A stretch of DNA of 11,028 nucleotides, taken from Candidatus Hermodarchaeota archaeon (lineage in GTDB: Archaea > Asgardarchaeota > Lokiarchaeia > Sigyniarchaeales > SOKP01). Positions within the stretch are counted from its first letter, which is position 1, and every line of letters begins with the position of its first letter. The translations under genes and the position numbers were made by a program. The stretch is from assembly GCA_048885535.1 (NCBI GenBank), contig JBHLLO010000086.1:1-11028 (forward strand). The letters run 5' to 3'. The notes beneath the pieces are model-generated. The model searched no databases and was not told the origin of the DNA. It worked only from the letters and a program-made list of their open reading frames with translations. Shown here in pieces: positions 1 to 7,482 of this stretch.

Positions 1-390
1 GGTGGAATCAGTATTGAAGCTCGACCTAGAGGGAAAAAAATTTCGAATCTCGAAATTCTCAGCGGCGGGGAAAAAACTCTCGTCGCGCTCTCGTTCATCT
101 TTTCCATACAGGAGTTCATGCCCAGTCCGTTTTACGTTCTCGATGAGATTGATGCGCAGCTGGATGGCCCAAATGTTCACAGAGTCTCCATGTTGTTGAA
201 AGAGATATCCAACCAAGCCCAATTCTTGGTTATAAGTCATAGGGAGGAGAACATTGTAAATGCGGACAGGATATACGGAGTGTCAATGCAACAGTCAGGT
301 ATAACTGATGTATTTAGTGTCGATTTAGAAGAAGAAGCAAAAAGACTTTTAGATATTTCAGAGGTTCCAACAAATATTGAAGAGAATTAG
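1..390 (+). CDS. smc: Chromosome segregation protein SMC, C-terminal ATPase head half (5'-truncated by window)
   Basis: Frame 1 is open from base 1 to TAG at 388-390: GGISIEARPRGKKISNLEILSGGEKTLVALSFIFSIQEFMPSPFYVLDEIDAQLD...QFLVISHR. It contains the ABC signature (LSGGEK), Walker B/D-loop (FYVLDEIDAQLD) and H-loop (VISH) in SMC-type spacing. The 118..390 ORF in the track is only the distal part. scpA and scpB follow directly. Confidence 0.96.
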   Translation, partial: GGISIEARPRGKKISNLEILSGGEKTLVALSFIFSIQEFMPSPFYVLDEIDAQLDGPNVHRVSMLLKEISNQAQFLVISHREENIVNADRIYGVSMQQSGITDVFSVDLEEEAKRLLDISEVPTNIEEN

Positions 391-407
391 ACTAATTTTT
401 ATAAGGG

Positions 408-1433
408 GTGCGAGAGATTTCAGAAGATAATAATTTAAAGGATAATTATGACTTTAAAAGTTGGACAGTAAAAGAATTAAAAGAGTTTGCTTCTCAAAAT
501 AATATAACTATCCCTTCTAAATCCAAAAAAGTTGATATTATAAAATTATTAAATCAAGTAATCTCACATCCTGAATTTGTTGACAGAACAAAAGAGTCTG
601 AAATAAGTGAGGTTTTAGAAGAAGAATTAGAAGAAGAATTGATTGCAGGTGTGGAGGAAGATCCTGCCTTATTACAAAAAGAAAAATTAGAACTAAAATT
701 TTGGCAAAAACCTCCTTTCTCTAGTTTATTGGATTTTGAATTAGCAAAAGATTCAAATATCGCGTTTTATGATTTAGCTTCTCTAGTTGATAAATTTTTT
801 AACAAAATGATGGCAGAAGAACTAATTAATTATAAGATTTCGGGTATTGCCTTAAAGAATTCAGCATATTTACATCATTATAAAATTTCTAGTATTATTA
901 AGGAAGAGGAAGAAATCCAAAAAAGAGAGGAGCTTGAAAAATTACGTGAAAAGCATGCAAGAACAATTCCAAAAACCCTACCACAGCCAATACAGCCAAA
1001 GCTACTTGTTTCTACAAAAGATGAATTATTTGAAGCAATGAGATCAGCAATTATCGAGACAATGCAAAATAAAGAAAAACTAAGAAGACAAAGGTTAAGA
1101 AGAGAAGAATTGAAACAACAAAGAATTCAGATGAAATCTAAGGCCAAATTACCAAAAGAATTATTGAAACATATTAGTGGTAAGGAAAAAACTATTGAAG
1201 AATTGCATAATTCATGGTATAATAGGATAAAAGCAAAAGTTGAGTTAGATAATAAAGAAACGACTTTTTTCGAGATTGCTGAAATCATTAAAGATCAAGA
1301 AGAAAGTGATATAGGTAAAAGGTTTGACTTCGTAAGAATGTTCTTAGCATTAATGTTCTTATCGAATAGTAATAAATTAGTCTTATCTCAAGATGAAGAT
1401 TTTAAGGATTTTAAAATTAATTTAAAAAAGTAA
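408..1433 (+). CDS. scpA: Segregation and condensation protein A (kleisin) with N-terminal HeH/Rho_N-like extension
   Basis: Lies between smc and scpB. Kleisin N-domain-like segment YDLASLVDKFF...LINYKISGIALKNSAYLHHYKIS, middle STKDELFEAMRSA motif, and C-terminal winged-helix cap-binding motif VRMFLALMFLSNSNKLVLSQDEDFKDFKI (ScpA pattern FLALLxL...QxExFxxI). Start uncertain (GTG 408 or ATT 417). Confidence 0.88.
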   Translation: MREISEDNNLKDNYDFKSWTVKELKEFASQNNITIPSKSKKVDIIKLLNQVISHPEFVDRTKESEISEVLEEELEEELIAGVEEDPALLQKEKLELKFWQKPPFSSLLDFELAKDSNIAFYDLASLVDKFFNKMMAEELINYKISGIALKNSAYLHHYKISSIIKEEEEIQKREELEKLREKHARTIPKTLPQPIQPKLLVSTKDELFEAMRSAIIETMQNKEKLRRQRLRREELKQQRIQMKSKAKLPKELLKHISGKEKTIEELHNSWYNRIKAKVELDNKETTFFEIAEIIKDQEESDIGKRFDFVRMFLALMFLSNSNKLVLSQDEDFKDFKINLKK

Positions 1434-1448
1434 TAATTAGAGAGAATT

Positions 1449-1455
1449 AGGTGAT
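1449..1455 (+). promoter_or_regulatory. Shine-Dalgarno-like site AGGTGAT upstream of scpB
   Basis: AGGTGAT matches the archaeal SD consensus GGAGGTGAT and lies 5 nt before an in-frame ATT at 1461. Confidence 0.55.
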
Positions 1456-1517
1456 ATTTTATTAAAGAATCTAACAATAGAGATGACGATAGAGATGAAC
1501 TTGAGGAAGAAAATGTA

Positions 1518-2198
1518 ATGAATGCTGAAACACAAAAAATAGAAGAGGAAATAGATTCAATTGGTGAGGATGTTAACTCTATAAATGAAACAGAGGAATT
1601 GAATAACTCAGATTTTGAATCAAAGTTAGAAAAAGAGTCTAAATCCCAAGAATTAGATAAGGAAGATTTAGAAAATGAGCTTAGAAATCTTTGTAAAAAT
1701 TTAATTGAAGGAGCACTCTATGCTGCAGGAAGACCCCTAGATATTGAAGAACTTTCTACTAAATTAGAACTTTCAAAAAAAATTACTGAAGAATTAGTAA
1801 ATGAACTCGCTTTTGATTATCTAGAACGCTCAAGTGCACTTATAATCGCCCAAGTTGGTGATAGATATCAAATGCAACTAAGACCTGAATATACAGAACG
1901 GGTTTCAAAATTTGCTAAAGGAGGAGCAATATCAGAAGCAAATTTAAGGACATTGACTATAATTGCATTGAAACAACCAATATTAAAATCAACTGTCATA
2001 AAAATAAGGGGAAGTGGAGCATATGACCATATAAAATATTTAATTGACAATGAACTCGTCTCAGCTATAAAAAAAGGAAGAACCCATGAATTAACAACTA
2101 CTGATAAATATGCTGATATGTTTGGTTTACCAAAAAACAGAGAAGAATTAAAGAAAGTTATGATCACCCAATTGGGACTTGAAGATAAGCAAGATTAG
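1518..2198 (+). CDS. scpB: Segregation and condensation protein B (kite subunit)
   Basis: ScpB motifs IEGALYAAGRPL, YQMQLRPEY, LRTLTIIALKQPI, IRGSGAYDHIKYL and TTDKYADMFGL. Acidic N-terminal extension. The frame is open upstream to 1455, so the start may be earlier. Confidence 0.96.
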   Translation: MNAETQKIEEEIDSIGEDVNSINETEELNNSDFESKLEKESKSQELDKEDLENELRNLCKNLIEGALYAAGRPLDIEELSTKLELSKKITEELVNELAFDYLERSSALIIAQVGDRYQMQLRPEYTERVSKFAKGGAISEANLRTLTIIALKQPILKSTVIKIRGSGAYDHIKYLIDNELVSAIKKGRTHELTTTDKYADMFGLPKNREELKKVMITQLGLEDKQD

Positions 2199-2226
2199 GT
2201 TTTTCTCTTTTTAAAAACTTGAATTT
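2199..2226. terminator. Probable archaeal oligo-T terminator region between convergent scpB and valS
   Basis: The 28-bp gap has TTTTTTCTCTTTTT directly after the scpB stop on + and a T5 run on - after the valS stop. No GC hairpin is present. Confidence 0.45.
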
Positions 2227-4818
2227 TTATATAAAGAAATAGACTTTTATATTTAAATCTTCAATAATTTCTTTTAAATCAGGTATGCCTTTCGTAGAGC
2301 TCTCTTTATCACTCTCAACAATCTGGAAATCCACAATTCTTATTGTATTTTTGATGTCTTCTTCTACATTTTTTAAAAGGTGTTTGTTTGTAATAATAAT
2401 TACTTTCTTAACCTCCTGATTTAATGGTATTTGGAGATTCGACTTCATATTTCTGAGAGTTTTAATAATTTCTATAGCAATTTTTCCCTCAGTGGATAAT
2501 TCTTTTGAAATGAATTTGTAAGCAGTTGGCCATTTATCTAAATGAATAGAATGCAAATTTATTAGTGGTTTATAAAGTATCGAGTAAATTTCTTCTGAAA
2601 TAAAAGGCATTATAATAGAATTTATAATTAACAGTTTGTAAAATAAATTTAAAGCTATCTTTAGTGAAAGTTTCTTTAATCCGATGTCTTCTGAGTAGAA
2701 TCTATGTTTTATAGCTTCAATATAGTTATCACAAATATCATTCCAGAAGAATGTTCGAAAAAGCATTACCGCTTCATGCCAATTATATCCATCTAAATAT
2801 TTTTCGAGAGTCTCTAAATGTTTATTGAATTCTGAAAAATAATAACAGTCAATCGCCTTTAAATCCTCATTTTTAATTTTTAAATCATTTAATTCAATAA
2901 TTTCTTGACTTAAGTATATTAATCTATACGCATTCCATATTTTGGTTAAAAATCTTGAGGCTCCTGTCAATTGTTCATACTTTCTGCGATATTTTTTCTT
3001 AAATTTTTCCTCAGGAAGATTTTTTAGTTCTTTAAGTACAATTTCATTTGAGACGGGTTCCTTTGTTTGTAGATTAATCCAAGTAAATTCAAACGGATAG
3101 TCATCACCTAAAGAACCCATTGCTGCCCAATATCTGATTGCATCGGTACCAAATTCTGGCATAACATCTTCGGGTGAAATATAATTCCCAAGACTTTTCG
3201 ACATATGTCTCCCATCTGGTCCAGCAACCATTCCATTGATCATAGCTTCGTAAAAAGGAGCTTTTCCAGTCAAGACTTTACATCTAAATAAAGAATAAAA
3301 TAACCATGTCCGAATAATTTCATAACCTTGAGAGCGATGAATTTTTGCATTCATATATGCCCTTTTAAAAAAGTCAGGATCTTCTGTCCATTTTGAAATC
3401 TCTAATGGTGTTATACTCGAATCAATCCAACAATCACAGACGTCTTTTTCACCAATTATTTTTTTGCTTTTACACTTAGGACATTCATTATTATAAGGGG
3501 AGGTTTTAGTAGGATCCAATGGCAAATCTTCTCTCTTTGGGGGAATAATTTCGTTACACTCTTGACAATACCAAAATGGAATTGGAGTTCCAAATAGACG
3601 CTGGCGAGAGATTACCCAATTCCAATCTAACCCCCTAGCCCAATCTATAAGTCTTTGTTTTTGTTTCTCGGGATACCAATTCATTTTTTCTCCAGATTCA
3701 ATAATCTCATCAGTAAAATCTCTTACGTTAATGAACCATTGAAAAACTGGTAAATATTCTATAGGCTTTCTACAAGAAGAACGCTCGGAATGAATTATGA
3801 GATTATGTTCATAATCTTCTATCTTTTCAATCAAACCCATTTTTTCAAGGTCTTCTACTACTTTTTCTCGAGCTTCCATAATAGTTAAACCTTGATATTT
3901 AGAATTTTCATTCATATGACCATTTTCAGTGAAAATTTGAATTTCATCAAGATCATATTTAATCTTCCATTTGATGTCCATCTCATCTCCATATGTACAT
4001 ACATAGACGATTCCTGTCCCAAAACTCATATCTACACCTTCATCCATGAAAATTCGTACCCTTCGGTCGGTGAAAGGGATTTGAACTTCTGCAGCTGAAA
4101 GATCATAATATCTATCATCTCGGGGGTTAATAAGAACCGCAACACAAGCTTCCATGTATTCTGGCCTTGTAGTTGCTATAGTAATATATTCTGCTTCTCT
4201 CCCAACTAATGGTAATTTTATATACCATAGTTTTCCTAATTCTTCTTCATATCCTACTTCTGCTTTTGCCACGGAAGTCTCACAGTTAACGCAGAAATGA
4301 GTAGGAAATTTCTCTCTATAGAGTAAACCTCTTTCATAGAAATCTAAAAGAGAAACTTGAACTTTTTTTAAATAACTATCATTCATTGTTCTATAAGTAT
4401 AATCCCAATCTGTAGAATAACCCAATTCGTCCAGTTGTATGGTCATTTTTTTAATGTTCTTTTCTACCCATTCCCTACATTTCTCTAAAAAGAGCTCTCT
4501 ATTGTCTTTAGATATTCCGTAACTTTTTTGAACAGCAAGTTCCACTGGAAGTCCATGAGAATCCCAGCCTTGAGGAAAATACACATGATCTCCCTTCATC
4601 CTGCGATATCGTGCCACAAAATCAATCCAAGCATAATTCAAATACTGCCCAATATGTAAAACCCCACTAACAAATGGAGGAGGAGTATCAATGGTAAATA
4701 ACACTGCTTTTTTCTCTTTATCGAATTTATAAATTTTATTCTCTTTCCAATATCCAATCCATTTTTTCTGTATCTCTCGAAACTTAAACCGTTTTGGGTA
4801 ATTGTGTTCTTGAGTCAT
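2227..4818 (-). CDS. valS: Valine--tRNA ligase, archaeal type (class Ia)
   Basis: FTIDTPPPFVSGVLHIGQ (HIGH-like), GWDSHGLPVE, editing-domain ATTRPE and GTGIVYVCTYGD, WNWVISRQRLFGTPIP, QGYEIIRTW, HMSKSLGN (KMSKS-like) and anticodon domain CDNYIEAIK. There is no bacterial-type C-terminal coiled coil. Confidence 0.95.
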   Translation of the reverse strand: MTQEHNYPKRFKFREIQKKWIGYWKENKIYKFDKEKKAVLFTIDTPPPFVSGVLHIGQYLNYAWIDFVARYRRMKGDHVYFPQGWDSHGLPVELAVQKSYGISKDNRELFLEKCREWVEKNIKKMTIQLDELGYSTDWDYTYRTMNDSYLKKVQVSLLDFYERGLLYREKFPTHFCVNCETSVAKAEVGYEEELGKLWYIKLPLVGREAEYITIATTRPEYMEACVAVLINPRDDRYYDLSAAEVQIPFTDRRVRIFMDEGVDMSFGTGIVYVCTYGDEMDIKWKIKYDLDEIQIFTENGHMNENSKYQGLTIMEAREKVVEDLEKMGLIEKIEDYEHNLIIHSERSSCRKPIEYLPVFQWFINVRDFTDEIIESGEKMNWYPEKQKQRLIDWARGLDWNWVISRQRLFGTPIPFWYCQECNEIIPPKREDLPLDPTKTSPYNNECPKCKSKKIIGEKDVCDCWIDSSITPLEISKWTEDPDFFKRAYMNAKIHRSQGYEIIRTWLFYSLFRCKVLTGKAPFYEAMINGMVAGPDGRHMSKSLGNYISPEDVMPEFGTDAIRYWAAMGSLGDDYPFEFTWINLQTKEPVSNEIVLKELKNLPEEKFKKKYRRKYEQLTGASRFLTKIWNAYRLIYLSQEIIELNDLKIKNEDLKAIDCYYFSEFNKHLETLEKYLDGYNWHEAVMLFRTFFWNDICDNYIEAIKHRFYSEDIGLKKLSLKIALNLFYKLLIINSIIMPFISEEIYSILYKPLINLHSIHLDKWPTAYKFISKELSTEGKIAIEIIKTLRNMKSNLQIPLNQEVKKVIIITNKHLLKNVEEDIKNTIRIVDFQIVESDKESSTKGIPDLKEIIEDLNIKVYFFI

Positions 4819-4846
4819 ACTATTTCCAATTCCTAACTATAAAATG

Positions 4847-4918
4847 TGGACCTGGCGGGAATTGAACCCACGACCTCTTGAATGCGAATCAAGCAATCTT
4901 CCACTGATCTACAGGCCC
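4847..4918 (-). tRNA. tRNA-Ala (anticodon CGC), intronless, CCA not encoded
   Basis: The minus strand reads GGGCCTGTAGATCAGTGGAAGATTGCTTGATTCGCATTCAAGAGGTCGTGGGTTCAATTCCCGCCAGGTCCA (72 nt). Acceptor stem GGGCCTG/CAGGTCC has the G3:U70 alanine identity pair; D arm GATC/GATT; anticodon arm CTTGA-TTCGCAT-TCAAG; T arm GTGGG-TTCAATT-CCCGC; discriminator A. Confidence 0.97.
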
Positions 4919-5005
4919 AAATTTTAATATTTTCTTTTAAGTTTTTTAAAATCAGAATAACTAAAATTCTTTATTATTTTTGTATAAAAATAATTAAAAA
5001 TAAGA

Positions 5006-7384
5006 TTAATATTCTGTTCGAGCAATTATATCATTTTGAGCGGCTTTCGACAATTCATTGAAAAGTACAGGATAACCCGCAATTCTTACAACTAATCCTT
5101 GGTAATTTTTAGGATTTTGTTGCGCATCACATAGCATTTCTTTACCAATAACATTAAATTGAATATGATAACCTCCATTAACCTTAAAGAATGTACGGAT
5201 TAATGATAAAAATATTTCAGGCTTCATTGTTTTAGGATGGAAAGACAATATTGTTGAGTTTCCATTAGTCATTAATTCATTTTCTAGTTTCATAATGGAA
5301 TTTAAGATATGTGTAGGACCATTCTTATCCCTACCATTAGTAGGACCAACTCCATTAGATAAATGATCTCTTGATTTCCTACCATCTGCAGATGCAGCCG
5401 TAAAAACTCCTAATGCCAGGTGAAATGAGGTAGAATATATCCCAGGGTTATAATTACCACCTCGATAATTCTTATACTGTAATAATTCTTTGCAGAACAA
5501 CTTTACCAAATTACAAGCGAGGGCATCTACATAATCAACATCATTCCCGAATTTTGGAACCTTATTTATAAATATTTGTCTCCATTCCTCCCCTTTTTTA
5601 CCTCTATAGCCGCCTCTATAATTTTTTATAAGCATTTGGACTAATTCTTCATATGATAAGCGTTTATCTTCAAACACAATTTTCTTAATTACAGCTAAAC
5701 TATCTGCTGCTGTTGCTAAACCAATTAATTGAGTTGTGGTGAAATCGTAAATAGCACCACCACTTGTTATATCAAGAGCTTTTTCCATACATTCATCTGT
5801 AGTGGCTGATAAAAAAGGTTGCGGATTAAGTTCAGCAATAGCCTTCTCTAGCGCTCTCATCGTTTTAACCATATTTTGAATAAAAAATCTAAGTTGAATT
5901 ACAAAATTATCCCACAAGTCTTCATATGATGTAATAATTTTAGTATTTTCAAGACCATATTTCTTTTTTGTAAACATATCAGTTCCATTGTTAAGAGTTA
6001 ATTCTAAAATTTTTACAATATTTAACTGACTTGCGTTGGTACATCCATAAGTCTTATAAGGATGAGCTGGCTCGACACAACCGATAGGAGCATATTCTCG
6101 TGCATCTTTAAGAGAATATCCTAATGAATTTAAGCCCGGTATCATAACTAGATCATTAAATAATGCTATGCTAGCTCCCGATCCAACAGCCTCACCAGCT
6201 TTTACTATTAATTTATCGGGAGTCTTCTCATTTATACGAATGGAAAAAGCTGGTTGGATAGTCTTTAATTTGTTATATGATTCAAGTAATAAATAAGATA
6301 ATTCATTTGTTGCATCTTTCCCAAATTGATCAATTCCTCCTATAGTTAAATTTATAGCAATTGGAGGCCCCTCTCCAGCTACTATTCCTTTATGGAGAAC
6401 ATAATTCCACAACGTTGAAAGCTTTAAATAGAAGCATTCAACAAGAAACTTGACATCTTCATCTGTAATTTTACCTTTTCTTTTATCATTGATATAAAAT
6501 GGATATAACAATTGATCTAATCTTCCTATACTTATAGCGAACCCACCATCCTCTAAACCGGCTATTAGATGAGTGAAATATATTAATTGAAGGGCTTCCT
6601 TAAAAGTTCTTGGCGGACTTCCTGAAATATTCGAACAGATTTGTGAAATTTCATAGAATTCTTTCTTTCGATTAGGATTTGATTCTTTTTTAGCCATATC
6701 ATTAGCTAAAATAGAAAATCGGTTGATAAATTTCTTAACTCCATACAAAATAATAATAACTGAATTAAGAAATATTTTTTTTTGGTCATCATTTGTAACA
6801 TGATATAATTTATTTTGGGCTTTTTTAATCAAACCATCAAAGCCTTCTCTCAAAACATTCTCATGCCCTGGGAAAAAGTGTCCAACTCCATTTGTAATAT
6901 TAACATCTACAATATAAAGCATCATTAGCATTAGATCATATAATTCAGGACTCAAGTAGGAATCAAATCGCGATTTTACCGTATCCTCCTTATTTTTCCA
7001 ATAGGGAATGATTTCATTTTTTAGAATTGTCTTATCTGATTCAGATAATAAGAATTTTTGAATCTCACGTGTACTATATAGGTTCAGATCTAATTCGATC
7101 GTATCCACTCGTATCTCTGGATATAATGGAGTTCCCACAAATTTAGTACATCGATTTCCAACAATAAATTCATCTTCCCAAATTTTAATTGTCATATATC
7201 TTAATAAATAATCCATAGCTTTCGCAAAACGAATGGCTGGTGGTTCTCCTTTTGTTTTTTTATATGAATCTGTAAAAATTTTTGCCCTTTCAATACATAA
7301 TTCATGTGGTGCTGCAACAACTTTATTTTTCATCTTGAGGATTCTGTCATCATAATCTTTGGGAGATAATTGCTTTTGTTGCAT
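5006..7384 (-). CDS. Glycyl radical enzyme (PFL2/glycerol dehydratase-like family), substrate unknown
   Basis: 792 aa. C-terminal glycyl loop HIQFNV...LVVRIAGYP (5069-5086) and single-Cys loop IGCVEP (6068-6082). Also SIGRLDQLLYPFY, NLTIGG, PKFGND and ASADGR. The single Cys argues against classical PFL (Cys-Cys). SD-like AAGTGAT lies 5 nt before the ATG. Confidence 0.93.
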   Translation of the reverse strand: MQQKQLSPKDYDDRILKMKNKVVAAPHELCIERAKIFTDSYKKTKGEPPAIRFAKAMDYLLRYMTIKIWEDEFIVGNRCTKFVGTPLYPEIRVDTIELDLNLYSTREIQKFLLSESDKTILKNEIIPYWKNKEDTVKSRFDSYLSPELYDLMLMMLYIVDVNITNGVGHFFPGHENVLREGFDGLIKKAQNKLYHVTNDDQKKIFLNSVIIILYGVKKFINRFSILANDMAKKESNPNRKKEFYEISQICSNISGSPPRTFKEALQLIYFTHLIAGLEDGGFAISIGRLDQLLYPFYINDKRKGKITDEDVKFLVECFYLKLSTLWNYVLHKGIVAGEGPPIAINLTIGGIDQFGKDATNELSYLLLESYNKLKTIQPAFSIRINEKTPDKLIVKAGEAVGSGASIALFNDLVMIPGLNSLGYSLKDAREYAPIGCVEPAHPYKTYGCTNASQLNIVKILELTLNNGTDMFTKKKYGLENTKIITSYEDLWDNFVIQLRFFIQNMVKTMRALEKAIAELNPQPFLSATTDECMEKALDITSGGAIYDFTTTQLIGLATAADSLAVIKKIVFEDKRLSYEELVQMLIKNYRGGYRGKKGEEWRQIFINKVPKFGNDVDYVDALACNLVKLFCKELLQYKNYRGGNYNPGIYSTSFHLALGVFTAASADGRKSRDHLSNGVGPTNGRDKNGPTHILNSIMKLENELMTNGNSTILSFHPKTMKPEIFLSLIRTFFKVNGGYHIQFNVIGKEMLCDAQQNPKNYQGLVVRIAGYPVLFNELSKAAQNDIIARTEY

Positions 7385-7482
7385 CTTTAATCACTTAGGA
7401 TAGACTTATTTAGTTCTAATGAGTATAGTGATTTAATTTAAAAATTTGCTAATAAAAAAAGTTAAGCAATTTTAATAAAAAG

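Noticed and set aside
142-165. SMC D-loop reads DAQLD rather than DAALD
   Set aside because: This position is known to vary in archaeal SMCs, and the catalytic DE and LD residues are intact.
2-199. 65-aa ORF in frame 2
   Set aside because: Out-of-frame overlap with the smc frame, which carries all the conserved motifs.
1477-1498. Short direct repeat ATAGAGATGA x2, and GAAGAATT repeats near 621-640
   Set aside because: Explained by low-complexity acidic coding sequence. No CRISPR-like repeat-spacer periodicity.
1868-2167. 99-aa minus-strand ORF
   Set aside because: Antisense shadow of scpB, with no motifs.
1-2198. Possible Wadjet/MksBEF defence system or Rad50/SbcC
   Set aside because: Motifs and gene order fit canonical Smc-ScpA-ScpB. 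No JetD/Toprim or Mre11 nuclease is visible, and the cluster abuts housekeeping valS.
3892-4098. 68-aa plus-strand ORF
   Set aside because: Antisense shadow within valS.
4819-5005. T-box riboswitch upstream of valS
   Set aside because: The structured sequence is a complete tRNA. There is no T-box consensus or antiterminator, and the context is archaeal.
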